A program made the translations under genes and the position numbers. DNA of 26,357 nucleotides from NCBI GenBank assembly GCA_030605245.1, contig JAUWIS010000001.1, forward strand, positions 1 to 26,357, in the 5' to 3' direction. Shown in pieces: positions 8,642 to 15,689 of this stretch. Within the stretch, counting starts at the first letter, position 1. Each line of letters begins with the position of its first letter. A model generated the notes under the pieces. The model was not told the origin of the DNA, did not search any database, and saw only the letters and a list, made by a program, of their open reading frames with translations. The DNA comes from Methanobacteriota archaeon. Lineage in GTDB: Archaea > Thermoplasmatota > JASEFT01 > JAUWIS01.

Positions 8642-11600
8642 TTAAAATCCCTCCATTACAGCTCTACCTCTTATGAATCCCGTTTCTAGTTGTTTTTCAA
8701 AGACACTTTTCCCACGTTTGAACTTGCGTAAGCTTGTTCTAGTAAATATGTTCAGACCTTTTGGTGTTCTTTGTTTTCCAACGATTGGTCGTTCTTCAAG
8801 ACCTGTAAGTTTCCCTAGAGGTTTCTCCCCATGTATTCCAAAAGTCATAGCAGCGATTGACGGTTGATATTTTCTGATATGTTTACCTGCCGGGGCTTTT
8901 GTTTTCCTTGCACCTTTCGAGAATCCACCAGGCATCCAGCCACCTAAGAAAAAAGGGGGGGGAGGGGGGAGGGGTGGAGGGGGGATAAACGGTGTTGTTG
9001 GCACATACCCACCAGGCATTGTATACTTGGTTTTTCCTCTTGTTCCAACCTTAGTAATAGCTGTTTGTGCTGTTACTTGTTCAAATTTGTACTGTTGCAT
9101 TGCCGGCGCAAACTGAAACATCATATAAGGTTTATGCTGTGAAACATAACGCATCCTTGAGATAGGTGCTATACGTGTAATGGGTACAACCTTACGTGTG
9201 GTTGCGGCGAAAGATTCAGCCACAGACATAGCAGCAACACTAACCAGGGGCATTGGGTACGTTGTTCTGAGAGAAAAGGATGATGATATAAGAGAAGCAA
9301 TAGGTGAGGGTGCTATCTGTTGAATATTTATGTGTTGTGAAACCATAGGATGATGTTTTGTGATTTGGGTACGTTGCAACATCAAAGAACCTTTTTTTCC
9401 CACACTTTCCATGATATACTTATCAAACCGTTGTTTAATTGTCAGTTTTTTCCTGAATATAAAGAGAGATCTTGTTGCATGGGTAGCTCCTGTCTGAAAT
9501 GTGGCTATATCAACTTTATATGGGCTTTTCATGTGTAGAGTGGTAGCACCTTTATACTTGTAGAACTTTTGACCTTTAATTACGTGTAGTTTTCTCATCT
9601 GGATAGTGGTGCCTTCCATCACATGTTTATATTTCTGGATATGTCTGACTTTTCCAGAAGCAGTATACGCTTTTGTAATATATTTTAGATTAACTCCTGG
9701 GACTTTCTGGAATTTACCAGTCATACCTTTCATTTCCCAGTAACGCTTCATGACTTTGCTTGATAGTAGCCTACCTTTAAGATGTATAACACCAGTATCA
9801 AAAACACGCTCAATGGTGCCAGCCATAGGGATTGTATGTTTGACTCTAGTTAACACAGTATGTTTTGGCAACTTTTTGCCTAAAATGTGCTTATAGCCGG
9901 TCTTGAACAGTTTATATTGTGGAACTTTGAACGTGTGACGTGTAATTGTGTCTATATGCGCTCTTGTAAGCCTGGAATATAACACAGGCACTCCTTTCTG
10001 GCTAACAATAGTTACAATATCACCATGATACACACCTTTAATCTCTTTGACAGATTTAAATTTCCAGGTTTTACCAATCTTAACTAGAGGTTTCACATGC
10101 CGGCTGAACGCTGTTCCCTTCGGTGCCTGGAGTATCTCACGTTGCACACCTTTTATTTTGCCTTTAGTATAAAATTGTTGACCTTTCTGAATAATAGTGC
10201 CTTTCATAGCGATTCCTCTTTGGATTACTCTCGGCTGGATAAACTTCTTACCACGAAATATGTTAAGAAGTTTTGGTGTATGGATAACAGCGTATGACTC
10301 AGCTTTCCCAAACTCAACAGCTTTTTTCCCTGGCACTTTCTGTCTTAAGTGGTAGGTCTTAGTGTAGACTTTGGTATGTTTTTTGATAAACATGGATTTT
10401 GCTATCGGAAAAGCCATCGCAGCAGCAATGATGTATGTACTTGGTCGTTTATATATTTCAAGTGCTGCTGGCAACGTTCTTTTAAATTCAGATCTGACAA
10501 GCGCTTGTGTAGTAGGTTCATACCTTCCAACAATACCTATTGTTTTGACTTTCGTGATTGCAGCAGCCGGAAATTCAGTAACTAAATAAGGAATATTGCC
10601 ACCAAACCTTACAATGTCCTGGTATACACCAAGTTTCGATGTTGCCGGCGGTTTCCAGGTCACAACCCCGCCAAATGTTGCCGCTTTTTCAACCTGTTTC
10701 CTTAAAGGCGCCCACCGTTCAGCACTTTCACGTTCCAGCTTTTGCCATTTCACAATAGCGGATTCTTTCTGTGACCTTAAAGCTCTATACTTCTCTTTAA
10801 CAGGCACTTCATACCCGAACTCTTTTTCATAAGCTATAGCCTTTTTTTCATAAGCTCTGGCAATAGCCCAATCTTTACTGGCTGCTATCTCAGTTGTTCC
10901 CATCGTTGTCTGGAATATTCCACCCATTGGTATAACACCTGTCATTTGTGCGAGAACAGAAGCTTTGGCAGCCGGCGAAACAAATGTATAAGCTTTACTT
11001 TGTAACATAGGTCTTGTAGTGGAAACTATCGCCGGCACAACAAGCATATCTTTCTTAGGTTTATCTGGCATCAAGAAAGGGGCGATTGGTTTACCTTTCG
11101 CTCTCCATTCTTCTCTGAATTTTTGAGCTATGCCAGCTTGCACCCCAGCCAAGACTTCTTTTTCATACCCTTTCAACACCGGCACTTGAGAATAACCTAC
11201 CTTGACAGCTAGCCTTGCCTGTTCTTGGACTTGTTCGGGTGTAATTTCGCCAAGATACATAAAACCCCCTTCCCTGACACCAGGCTTTAAGACTGTACCT
11301 TTAACATCTTCCTCATAAGCTGCAAACACAGCAGCAGCTTTTGGCGTTATGTATGTTGTTGCAACTGTCTGTTTTCGTGGTTCAGTGTCAATTGTGCCTG
11401 GAGGAGCAGCGTAAACATACTCTCGTACTTCTTTTTGTTTAACTGTTTCTCGTTTAAGATGTTGCTCATATATCTTTTGTTTAATTCCTGATCTGAGTTG
11501 TTCATAATTGACAATCTTCTCAGCCCATTCAGGTCTTGCTTCTTTAATTTGCGCTTTGGTTAGAGTTGGTTCTTTAACTTGGCGTGTGACTATTTCAGGT

Positions 11601-11851
11601 TCTTTTATAGGGACAGCTTTCCCACCCTTAACAACATGCGTAACTTTCGGAGTACCAAACCTGGATGGTGGATTATATTCAACCCCATACTGTCGGGCAA
11701 GTTCCAAAGACCTTTTTTTACTTAGGATTTGTCGTTCAAACTTTTTTCTTTTATGATAAGCAACCTTAGAATATTTACGTTTTCCAAGTGATGTAGCATA
11801 CTCTCTTTTTAAAACTCTATGCAATTCTGGATAACTTCTTGCAACTGCCAC
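8642..11851 (-). CDS. 1069-aa highly basic protein of unknown function (possible core/DNA-associated virion protein)
   Basis: Long uninterrupted ORF, K/R-rich, no signal peptide, one central hydrophobic patch and a poly-Pro tract near the C-terminus. Confidence 0.85.
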   Translation of the reverse strand: MAVARSYPELHRVLKREYATSLGKRKYSKVAYHKRKKFERQILSKKRSLELARQYGVEYNPPSRFGTPKVTHVVKGGKAVPIKEPEIVTRQVKEPTLTKAQIKEARPEWAEKIVNYEQLRSGIKQKIYEQHLKRETVKQKEVREYVYAAPPGTIDTEPRKQTVATTYITPKAAAVFAAYEEDVKGTVLKPGVREGGFMYLGEITPEQVQEQARLAVKVGYSQVPVLKGYEKEVLAGVQAGIAQKFREEWRAKGKPIAPFLMPDKPKKDMLVVPAIVSTTRPMLQSKAYTFVSPAAKASVLAQMTGVIPMGGIFQTTMGTTEIAASKDWAIARAYEKKAIAYEKEFGYEVPVKEKYRALRSQKESAIVKWQKLERESAERWAPLRKQVEKAATFGGVVTWKPPATSKLGVYQDIVRFGGNIPYLVTEFPAAAITKVKTIGIVGRYEPTTQALVRSEFKRTLPAALEIYKRPSTYIIAAAMAFPIAKSMFIKKHTKVYTKTYHLRQKVPGKKAVEFGKAESYAVIHTPKLLNIFRGKKFIQPRVIQRGIAMKGTIIQKGQQFYTKGKIKGVQREILQAPKGTAFSRHVKPLVKIGKTWKFKSVKEIKGVYHGDIVTIVSQKGVPVLYSRLTRAHIDTITRHTFKVPQYKLFKTGYKHILGKKLPKHTVLTRVKHTIPMAGTIERVFDTGVIHLKGRLLSSKVMKRYWEMKGMTGKFQKVPGVNLKYITKAYTASGKVRHIQKYKHVMEGTTIQMRKLHVIKGQKFYKYKGATTLHMKSPYKVDIATFQTGATHATRSLFIFRKKLTIKQRFDKYIMESVGKKGSLMLQRTQITKHHPMVSQHINIQQIAPSPIASLISSSFSLRTTYPMPLVSVAAMSVAESFAATTRKVVPITRIAPISRMRYVSQHKPYMMFQFAPAMQQYKFEQVTAQTAITKVGTRGKTKYTMPGGYVPTTPFIPPPPLPPPPPFFLGGWMPGGFSKGARKTKAPAGKHIRKYQPSIAAMTFGIHGEKPLGKLTGLEERPIVGKQRTPKGLNIFTRTSLRKFKRGKSVFEKQLETGFIRGRAVMEGF
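8955..8984 (+). repeat. G-tract cluster (encodes PPPLPPPPP on the minus strand)
   Basis: G8-A-G6-A-G4-T-G2-A-G6. Confidence 0.9.
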
Positions 11852-11985
11852 TTAAATATATTCTATGACATAACTTATATTTATTATTTTATGAACTGGT
11901 TAACCATGTTTAATATATAGTGTTAACATAATCTTATATAATAATTACACCTTAACATTCATACTGAACTATGGAGGTACAGCGA
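11852..11985. promoter_or_regulatory. Divergent AT-rich promoter region with two GTTAAC-centred palindromes and a Shine-Dalgarno site
   Basis: TATA-like TTTAATATATAG (11909-11920), TGGTTAACCA (11897-11906), TGTTAACA (11921-11928) and GGAGGT (11973-11978). Confidence 0.55.
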
Positions 11986-12255
11986 ATGAGGAACAAAAAA
12001 GGTTACAGACTTCAAGACCTTCTTCCTGTCGCTATAATCTTTGTGGTTGCAACAATTGCTATATCTATTGGCGCAGACATTCTGAGTGGTGTACGTGACG
12101 GTCAAACGGTCGACACAGCATCCTACAATGTAAGCACCTATGGATTGCAAGGTATGCTGGAACTGGGTTCCTGGGTGCCAACGCTGGCTCTTGTCGTGGC
12201 TGCTGCGATTGTGATCGGCGTATTGGTCTACAGCTTTGCATTTGGTCGTAACTGA
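11986..12255 (+). CDS. Putative major capsid protein of spindle-shaped-virus type (two hydrophobic helices) with class III signal peptide
   Basis: MRNKKG|YRLQD, hydrophobic helix 1, loop with NVS sequon, helix 2 SWVPTLALVVAAAIVIGVLVYSF. It has a strong SD and its own transcription unit. Confidence 0.7.
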   Translation: MRNKKGYRLQDLLPVAIIFVVATIAISIGADILSGVRDGQTVDTASYNVSTYGLQGMLELGSWVPTLALVVAAAIVIGVLVYSFAFGRN

Positions 12256-12269
12256 ACCGTTACGATCAA

Positions 12270-12288
12270 TCTTTTTCTTTTTTTTATT
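12270..12288 (+). terminator. T-rich archaeal-type terminator after the capsid gene
   Basis: TCTTTTTCTTTTTTTTATT lies about 15 nt after the stop, with no preceding GC hairpin. Confidence 0.55.
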
Positions 12289-12294
12289 AGAAAA

Positions 12295-12474
12295 TTAATC
12301 AACCTTTTTTTTCACTAAATTAAACAACTCTATATTTAGGATGAAAATTCCAAGGACTGAATACAACATAATGTCTGAATAAATATCAATCCCTTGACAG
12401 TAACAAAAATTTACCGTACAAACCACCAATAACATGAATAAAGTATATAAATAATATTTATTTTTTATATTCAT
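12295..12474 (-). CDS. Small two-TM membrane protein
   Basis: ATG 12474 follows AAGGAGGA; two hydrophobic segments. Confidence 0.6.
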   Translation of the reverse strand: MNIKNKYYLYTLFMLLVVCTVNFCYCQGIDIYSDIMLYSVLGIFILNIELFNLVKKKVD

Positions 12475-12481
12475 TTTCGTT

Positions 12482-12503
12482 TCCTCCTTAGTCATTCAAA
12501 GAC
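12482..12503. repeat. 22-bp direct repeat, copy 1
   Basis: TCCTCCTTAGTCATTCAAAGAC is identical to 13489-13510; on the minus strand it contains TGA and the SD AAGGAGGA. Confidence 0.95.
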
Positions 12504-12633
12504 TGCTGTTTATAATCCAACGGCTTGGTCTTTTCGCATTTATAGTACAACCTGGGTTTTCATGATATGGTTTTCCATACATGATTATTAAATCATCCTC
12601 TCTAATTTCCTTTTTACAATGAGTACATTTCAT
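12496..12633 (-). CDS. 45-aa LIM-like zinc-finger microprotein
   Basis: MKCTHCKKEIREDDLIIMYGKPYHENPGC: CxxC...HxxxxC. Confidence 0.65.
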   Translation of the reverse strand: MKCTHCKKEIREDDLIIMYGKPYHENPGCTINAKRPSRWIINSSL

Positions 12634-12835
12634 CATCAAAATCCAACCTTTCAACGCCTTTAACTTTCATTTCTTTCAAATATTTATCAATATCACCAAA
12701 TTTAGATATGAGTTCATCCTCTGCAACTTGACAAATAATCCTACCATGAACAATATATAACAAACTCTGTCGATGAGTTTTACATATTGTTCTACCAGTT
12801 CTTAATAATACAAATTCACATGGTATCTTAATCAT
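12614..12835 (-). CDS. Hypothetical 73-aa protein
   Basis: ORF track; starts just after junction motif copy 1 with AGGA upstream. Confidence 0.6.
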   Translation of the reverse strand: MIKIPCEFVLLRTGRTICKTHRQSLLYIVHGRIICQVAEDELISKFGDIDKYLKEMKVKGVERLDFDDEMYSL

Positions 12836-12846
12836 CTTATCCTCGC

Positions 12847-12868
12847 AAACGGCGGTTTATTGCCGAAC
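12847..12868 (-). repeat. 22-bp gene-junction motif, copy 1
   Basis: Minus strand GTTCGGCAATAAACCGCCGTTT; encodes VRQ-stop of the upstream gene. Confidence 0.95.
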
Positions 12869-13051
12869 CTCTTTTACATTGTGTACAAACTCTATATAAT
12901 CAGCCAATTCTCTCATCATCTTCGGAGTTAAAAGTATTGTTTCTTCATCATTTAAATCGTTGATATTTTGTGCAACTATCTCTATCGCACCCTTCCATAT
13001 TTTCGGTGACACTTTGTTTCCAAAGCCATCATCATATATCTTCATTCTCAT
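12857..13051 (-). CDS. Hypothetical 64-aa protein (between motif copies 2 and 1)
   Basis: ORF track; ends EVRQ* inside the motif. Confidence 0.65.
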   Translation of the reverse strand: MRMKIYDDGFGNKVSPKIWKGAIEIVAQNINDLNDEETILLTPKMMRELADYIEFVHNVKEVRQ

Positions 13052-13055
13052 TCAC

Positions 13056-13077
13056 AAACGGCGGTCTATTGCCGAAC
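13056..13077 (-). repeat. 22-bp gene-junction motif, copy 2
   Basis: Minus strand GTTCGGCAATAGACCGCCGTTT; encodes VRQ-stop. Confidence 0.95.
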
Positions 13078-13314
13078 AGCTTTACATCTCCACGATTCAT
13101 TCAATAATTTATACTCTTCGTCCGAGGTTGAATACGAATTTTCTCCAATAGATGTCTTTACGTAACATCTTATCAAATCAGCATGATTACAATCTTCAAT
13201 ATAATCATCACATCCAAAATCTACACAACTTCCTTGTGGTACACATTCAACAGTACCAACAGGACTGATACATCCTGTTAATAACAAAAATCCGACTAAA
13301 ATCATTATTTTCAT
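13066..13314 (-). CDS. Cys-rich putative lipoprotein
   Basis: MKIMILVGFLLLTG|C lipobox-like signal, six further Cys, strong SD AGGAGGG; ends AVRQ*. Confidence 0.7.
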   Translation of the reverse strand: MKIMILVGFLLLTGCISPVGTVECVPQGSCVDFGCDDYIEDCNHADLIRCYVKTSIGENSYSTSDEEYKLLNESWRCKAVRQ

Positions 13315-13332
13315 TTTCCCTCCTTGATCAAT

Positions 13333-13354
13333 AAATGGCGGTCTATTGCCGAAC
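13333..13354 (-). repeat. 22-bp gene-junction motif, copy 3
   Basis: Minus strand GTTCGGCAATAGACCGCCATTT, 1 nt after the TAA of ORF 13356-13481. Confidence 0.95.
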
Positions 13355-13355
13355 C

Positions 13356-13481
13356 TTATTTTCTCTGCATGATTTCATATTTCTTATCAAAGTCTTTATC
13401 TACAATTGCAAGACAATTTCCTTCTTTATATATGAAATCAATATTTGCTCTTTTTGCTTCCACAATTTTTAATATTCTCAT
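13356..13481 (-). CDS. Hypothetical 41-aa protein
   Basis: MRILKIVEAKRANIDFIY...MQRK*; SD AAGGAGGA supplied by the 22-bp direct repeat. Confidence 0.6.
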   Translation of the reverse strand: MRILKIVEAKRANIDFIYKEGNCLAIVDKDFDKKYEIMQRK

Positions 13482-13488
13482 TTTTGTA

Positions 13489-13510
13489 TCCTCCTTAGTC
13501 ATTCAAAGAC
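13489..13510. repeat. 22-bp direct repeat, copy 2
   Basis: Identical to 12482-12503. Confidence 0.95.
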
Positions 13511-13574
13511 GGCACTCTCTGTCAATGCATCTCAGCACCACATTTTGGACATATTTTTGGTATCTTAGCCATCC

Positions 13575-13724
13575 TTAAACCTCAATCCTATTTTCTTTCC
13601 ATGTGTATAGTAAAGATTCTTTCTCCTGATAACTCATAGATTCCCATTCTGCTATATCTGGCAACTCATTAGCTTTCAACATCTTTACTATTAATTTAGA
13701 CCATTCTCCTGGATGTAACATCAT
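13575..13724 (-). CDS. Hypothetical 49-aa protein
   Basis: MMLHPGEWSKLIVKMLKANELP...; ATGA overlap with the upstream ORF. Confidence 0.5.
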   Translation of the reverse strand: MMLHPGEWSKLIVKMLKANELPDIAEWESMSYQEKESLLYTWKENRIEV

Positions 13725-13822
13725 TTTGGAACCTTATTTTCCTTCTTCTTCTTGCAGTCACACCATTGCTGACCACATTTCTTACAAGGCTGTAAAGAGC
13801 CTCCATGTATCTTATTTGTCAT
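13721..13822 (-). CDS. 33-aa Cys-rich microprotein
   Basis: QPCKKCGQQWCDC; coupled to the next gene. Confidence 0.5.
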   Translation of the reverse strand: MTNKIHGGSLQPCKKCGQQWCDCKKKKENKVPK

Positions 13823-13834
13823 TTTGAAACCTTT

Positions 13835-13987
13835 TTAATAATTTGATTCATAACAAACATCTTTTTCATCCCATAACATCTTTTTAAGACATTTTGAGCA
13901 AAAGATTCTTTGATAATCATCGCCAGCTGGCGAAATAATTATACACGCTGATTCTCCAATTTCTTTACATCCTTTGAAATCACACAT
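13835..13987 (-). CDS. 50-aa zinc-finger-like microprotein
   Basis: MCDFKGC...IFCSKC. Confidence 0.55.
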   Translation of the reverse strand: MCDFKGCKEIGESACIIISPAGDDYQRIFCSKCLKKMLWDEKDVCYESNY

Positions 13988-13999
13988 CTTTCCATCCAA

Positions 14000-14140
14000 T
14001 TAATCAACATCTTTAATATCAATCTGTCGACATTCAAGACCGTCTGTATCAATATTATCACAGATAATTTTAAACATCTTAAAAAGTTCATCTAAATCCT
14101 CTTGCTCTCTTTCCTCTGGTACTGTTATTAGTATGTCCAT
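14000..14140 (-). CDS. 46-aa acidic hypothetical protein
   Basis: MDILITVPEEREQEDLDELF...; SD GGAGGG. Confidence 0.55.
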   Translation of the reverse strand: MDILITVPEEREQEDLDELFKMFKIICDNIDTDGLECRQIDIKDVD

Positions 14141-14185
14141 CGTTTCCCTCCATATTTTCGGTGTCACTTTGTTTCCAAGCCATTA

Positions 14186-14383
14186 TCAATCCACCCATAC
14201 AAAGACAATGTTATGCAACTTGATTTTATATTTTTTAGAACATAAGAAGTTACCACGTTTCAATTTTCTTATATCTCTTGCCACGCTTGCTTCGCTTACA
14301 TTCAGTTCTTTTGCCAGTTGTCGGGTAGTATACTTTTTCCCTTTATTCTCTGTTAAAATATCAAATATTTCCTGTTGCCCCAT
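14186..14383 (-). CDS. Winged-helix HTH DNA-binding protein
   Basis: IFDILTENKGKKYTTRQLAKELNVSEASVARDIRKLKRG. Confidence 0.85.
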   Translation of the reverse strand: MGQQEIFDILTENKGKKYTTRQLAKELNVSEASVARDIRKLKRGNFLCSKKYKIKLHNIVFVWVD

Positions 14384-14526
14384 TTTCCTTTACCTTTACC
14401 TTTACCAACATGTTTCTCTTTAAAGTCCAAGAGCAATCTTATGGTAACATATACTATGAATCCAGCAGCGCCAAGAAGTAAACCCCATTTAATAAATGGG
14501 AACACAATTTCACCTGTGGGTGGCAT
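14353..14526 (-). CDS. 57-aa single-TM protein with GK repeat
   Basis: Hydrophobic WGLLLGAAGFIVYVTIRLLL followed by GKGKGKGK, encoded by (GGTAAA)3. Confidence 0.55.
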   Translation of the reverse strand: MPPTGEIVFPFIKWGLLLGAAGFIVYVTIRLLLDFKEKHVGKGKGKGKWGNRKYLIF

Positions 14527-14527
14527 C

Positions 14528-14731
14528 TTACATCACCGCCAGCTTATAAGCAACAACGATTATTATTGCAGTCATTAAGAACCCAAGCCCTACAGCTGCA
14601 TAAACTTTTTGAACTTCATGCCTTAATTTATCCTGGCTCATTTCCAGACTGTTCAAACCCATCCATAGCCTTGACAGTCGCTTCTTATGTATACCTAACT
14701 CAATTATCATTGCTTTTTTGTCATAGTTCAT
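14528..14731 (-). CDS. Small coiled-coil protein with C-terminal TM
   Basis: ORF track; heptad-like region followed by AAVGLGFLMTAIIIVVAY. Confidence 0.6.
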   Translation of the reverse strand: MNYDKKAMIIELGIHKKRLSRLWMGLNSLEMSQDKLRHEVQKVYAAVGLGFLMTAIIIVVAYKLAVM

Positions 14732-14896
14732 CTTTAATCTCCTCCAATCTTTCTAAGCTAATCTTAAGCCATCTAAGCCACTTTATAGTGTTCAGGCTCA
14801 CAACCTATCCTTAAATCTGCTTTCTCTTGTTATTATATGCTTCTTCTGCTTGCTTGTCACGTTCTGAATCATATGTTTGGTCTATTTTGTCTGATT

Positions 14897-15190
14897 TCAT
14901 CCTAACCTCATCTTGTATAAGCATGATATGTAACATCTTTCTCTAGTGTAATATCCTTTTTCAAACTTTAATGAGATATTGCTATACACTCTTTCATGGC
15001 GACAATCAATCTTATCTAATTTGTCAAAACCATGACTTGCACATATTACCTCTGCTTGTCGTTGTAGTTCTTCTTTATCTTCAATGTTGTGTGGTCTGAT
15101 TTCAAGGAGATAATAAGTTGTAACCATTGTAATCATGAATGTTAATGTGATTGCAATAACAAGGTAACTAAAATAATAATCTTTTTCCAT
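14897..15190 (-). CDS. N-terminally anchored Cys-containing membrane protein
   Basis: Likely start ATG 15190 (TAATG overlap); TM followed by ICASHG...CYISC. Confidence 0.6.
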   Translation of the reverse strand: MEKDYYFSYLVIAITLTFMITMVTTYYLLEIRPHNIEDKEELQRQAEVICASHGFDKLDKIDCRHERVYSNISLKFEKGYYTRERCYISCLYKMRLG

Positions 15191-15393
15191 TATCTTTGCC
15201 TCATATATTTCTGTTTTTTCCTGTAAAGCACTACTTGCCTCAGACAATAGTCCACAGCCAGAGCTTCCCGCATCCCTTCCCGTTTCTCGTTCAGGAAAGT
15301 ATCTAGTGTCCTGAAATAATCCATAGACTTGTCATACTTCTTAACTTCCTCTTCTGTGAGTTGATCCAAACCAAGACATCTTGTCAGTGTCAT
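15190..15393 (-). CDS. Hypothetical 67-aa protein
   Basis: ORF track; coupled to the downstream gene. Confidence 0.55.
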   Translation of the reverse strand: MTLTRCLGLDQLTEEEVKKYDKSMDYFRTLDTFLNEKREGMREALAVDYCLRQVVLYRKKQKYMRQR

Positions 15394-15523
15394 TTTTCGT
15401 ATATTTCTCCTATCCCTATCCGTTTTCTTAATTTGTATGTGTTCAATCCTTGACCTGTATTATCCCCTTCCTTATCTAACTCGTCAATAATCTTTTTTAG
15501 TTCTGGCTTACATTTATCACAGA

Positions 15524-15679
15524 TCATTCTGACACCGTTCTATAAGTGACATTTTCTTTTGGATATGAATCTTCAAGCCATGCCCCATAATATTTAGCAT
15601 CATACTCAATAAAAAATACAGCTTGTAGTTCTTCCATCTTGAAAACACCAAACTTTAACTTTTTTATTTCTTCATTCAT
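15524..15679 (-). CDS. Hypothetical 51-aa protein, first gene of the leftward operon
   Basis: MNEEIKKLKFGVFK...; AAGGGGG upstream. Confidence 0.5.
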   Translation of the reverse strand: MNEEIKKLKFGVFKMEELQAVFFIEYDAKYYGAWLEDSYPKENVTYRTVSE

Positions 15680-15689
15680 TCTCTTAACC

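Noticed and set aside
2165-12255. Tailed phage (Caudoviricetes) or conjugative element
   Set aside because: No recognisable terminase, portal, HK97 capsid, tail tube, relaxase or VirB4/VirD4 motifs.
12847-13354. Triple 22-bp repeat as a CRISPR mini-array
   Set aside because: The intervals are 187-255 nt and are full ORFs, not 30-45 nt spacers; no cas genes.
12847-13354. Integron attC sites
   Set aside because: Too short, with no RYYYAAC...GTTRRRY long imperfect hairpin and no tyrosine integrase.
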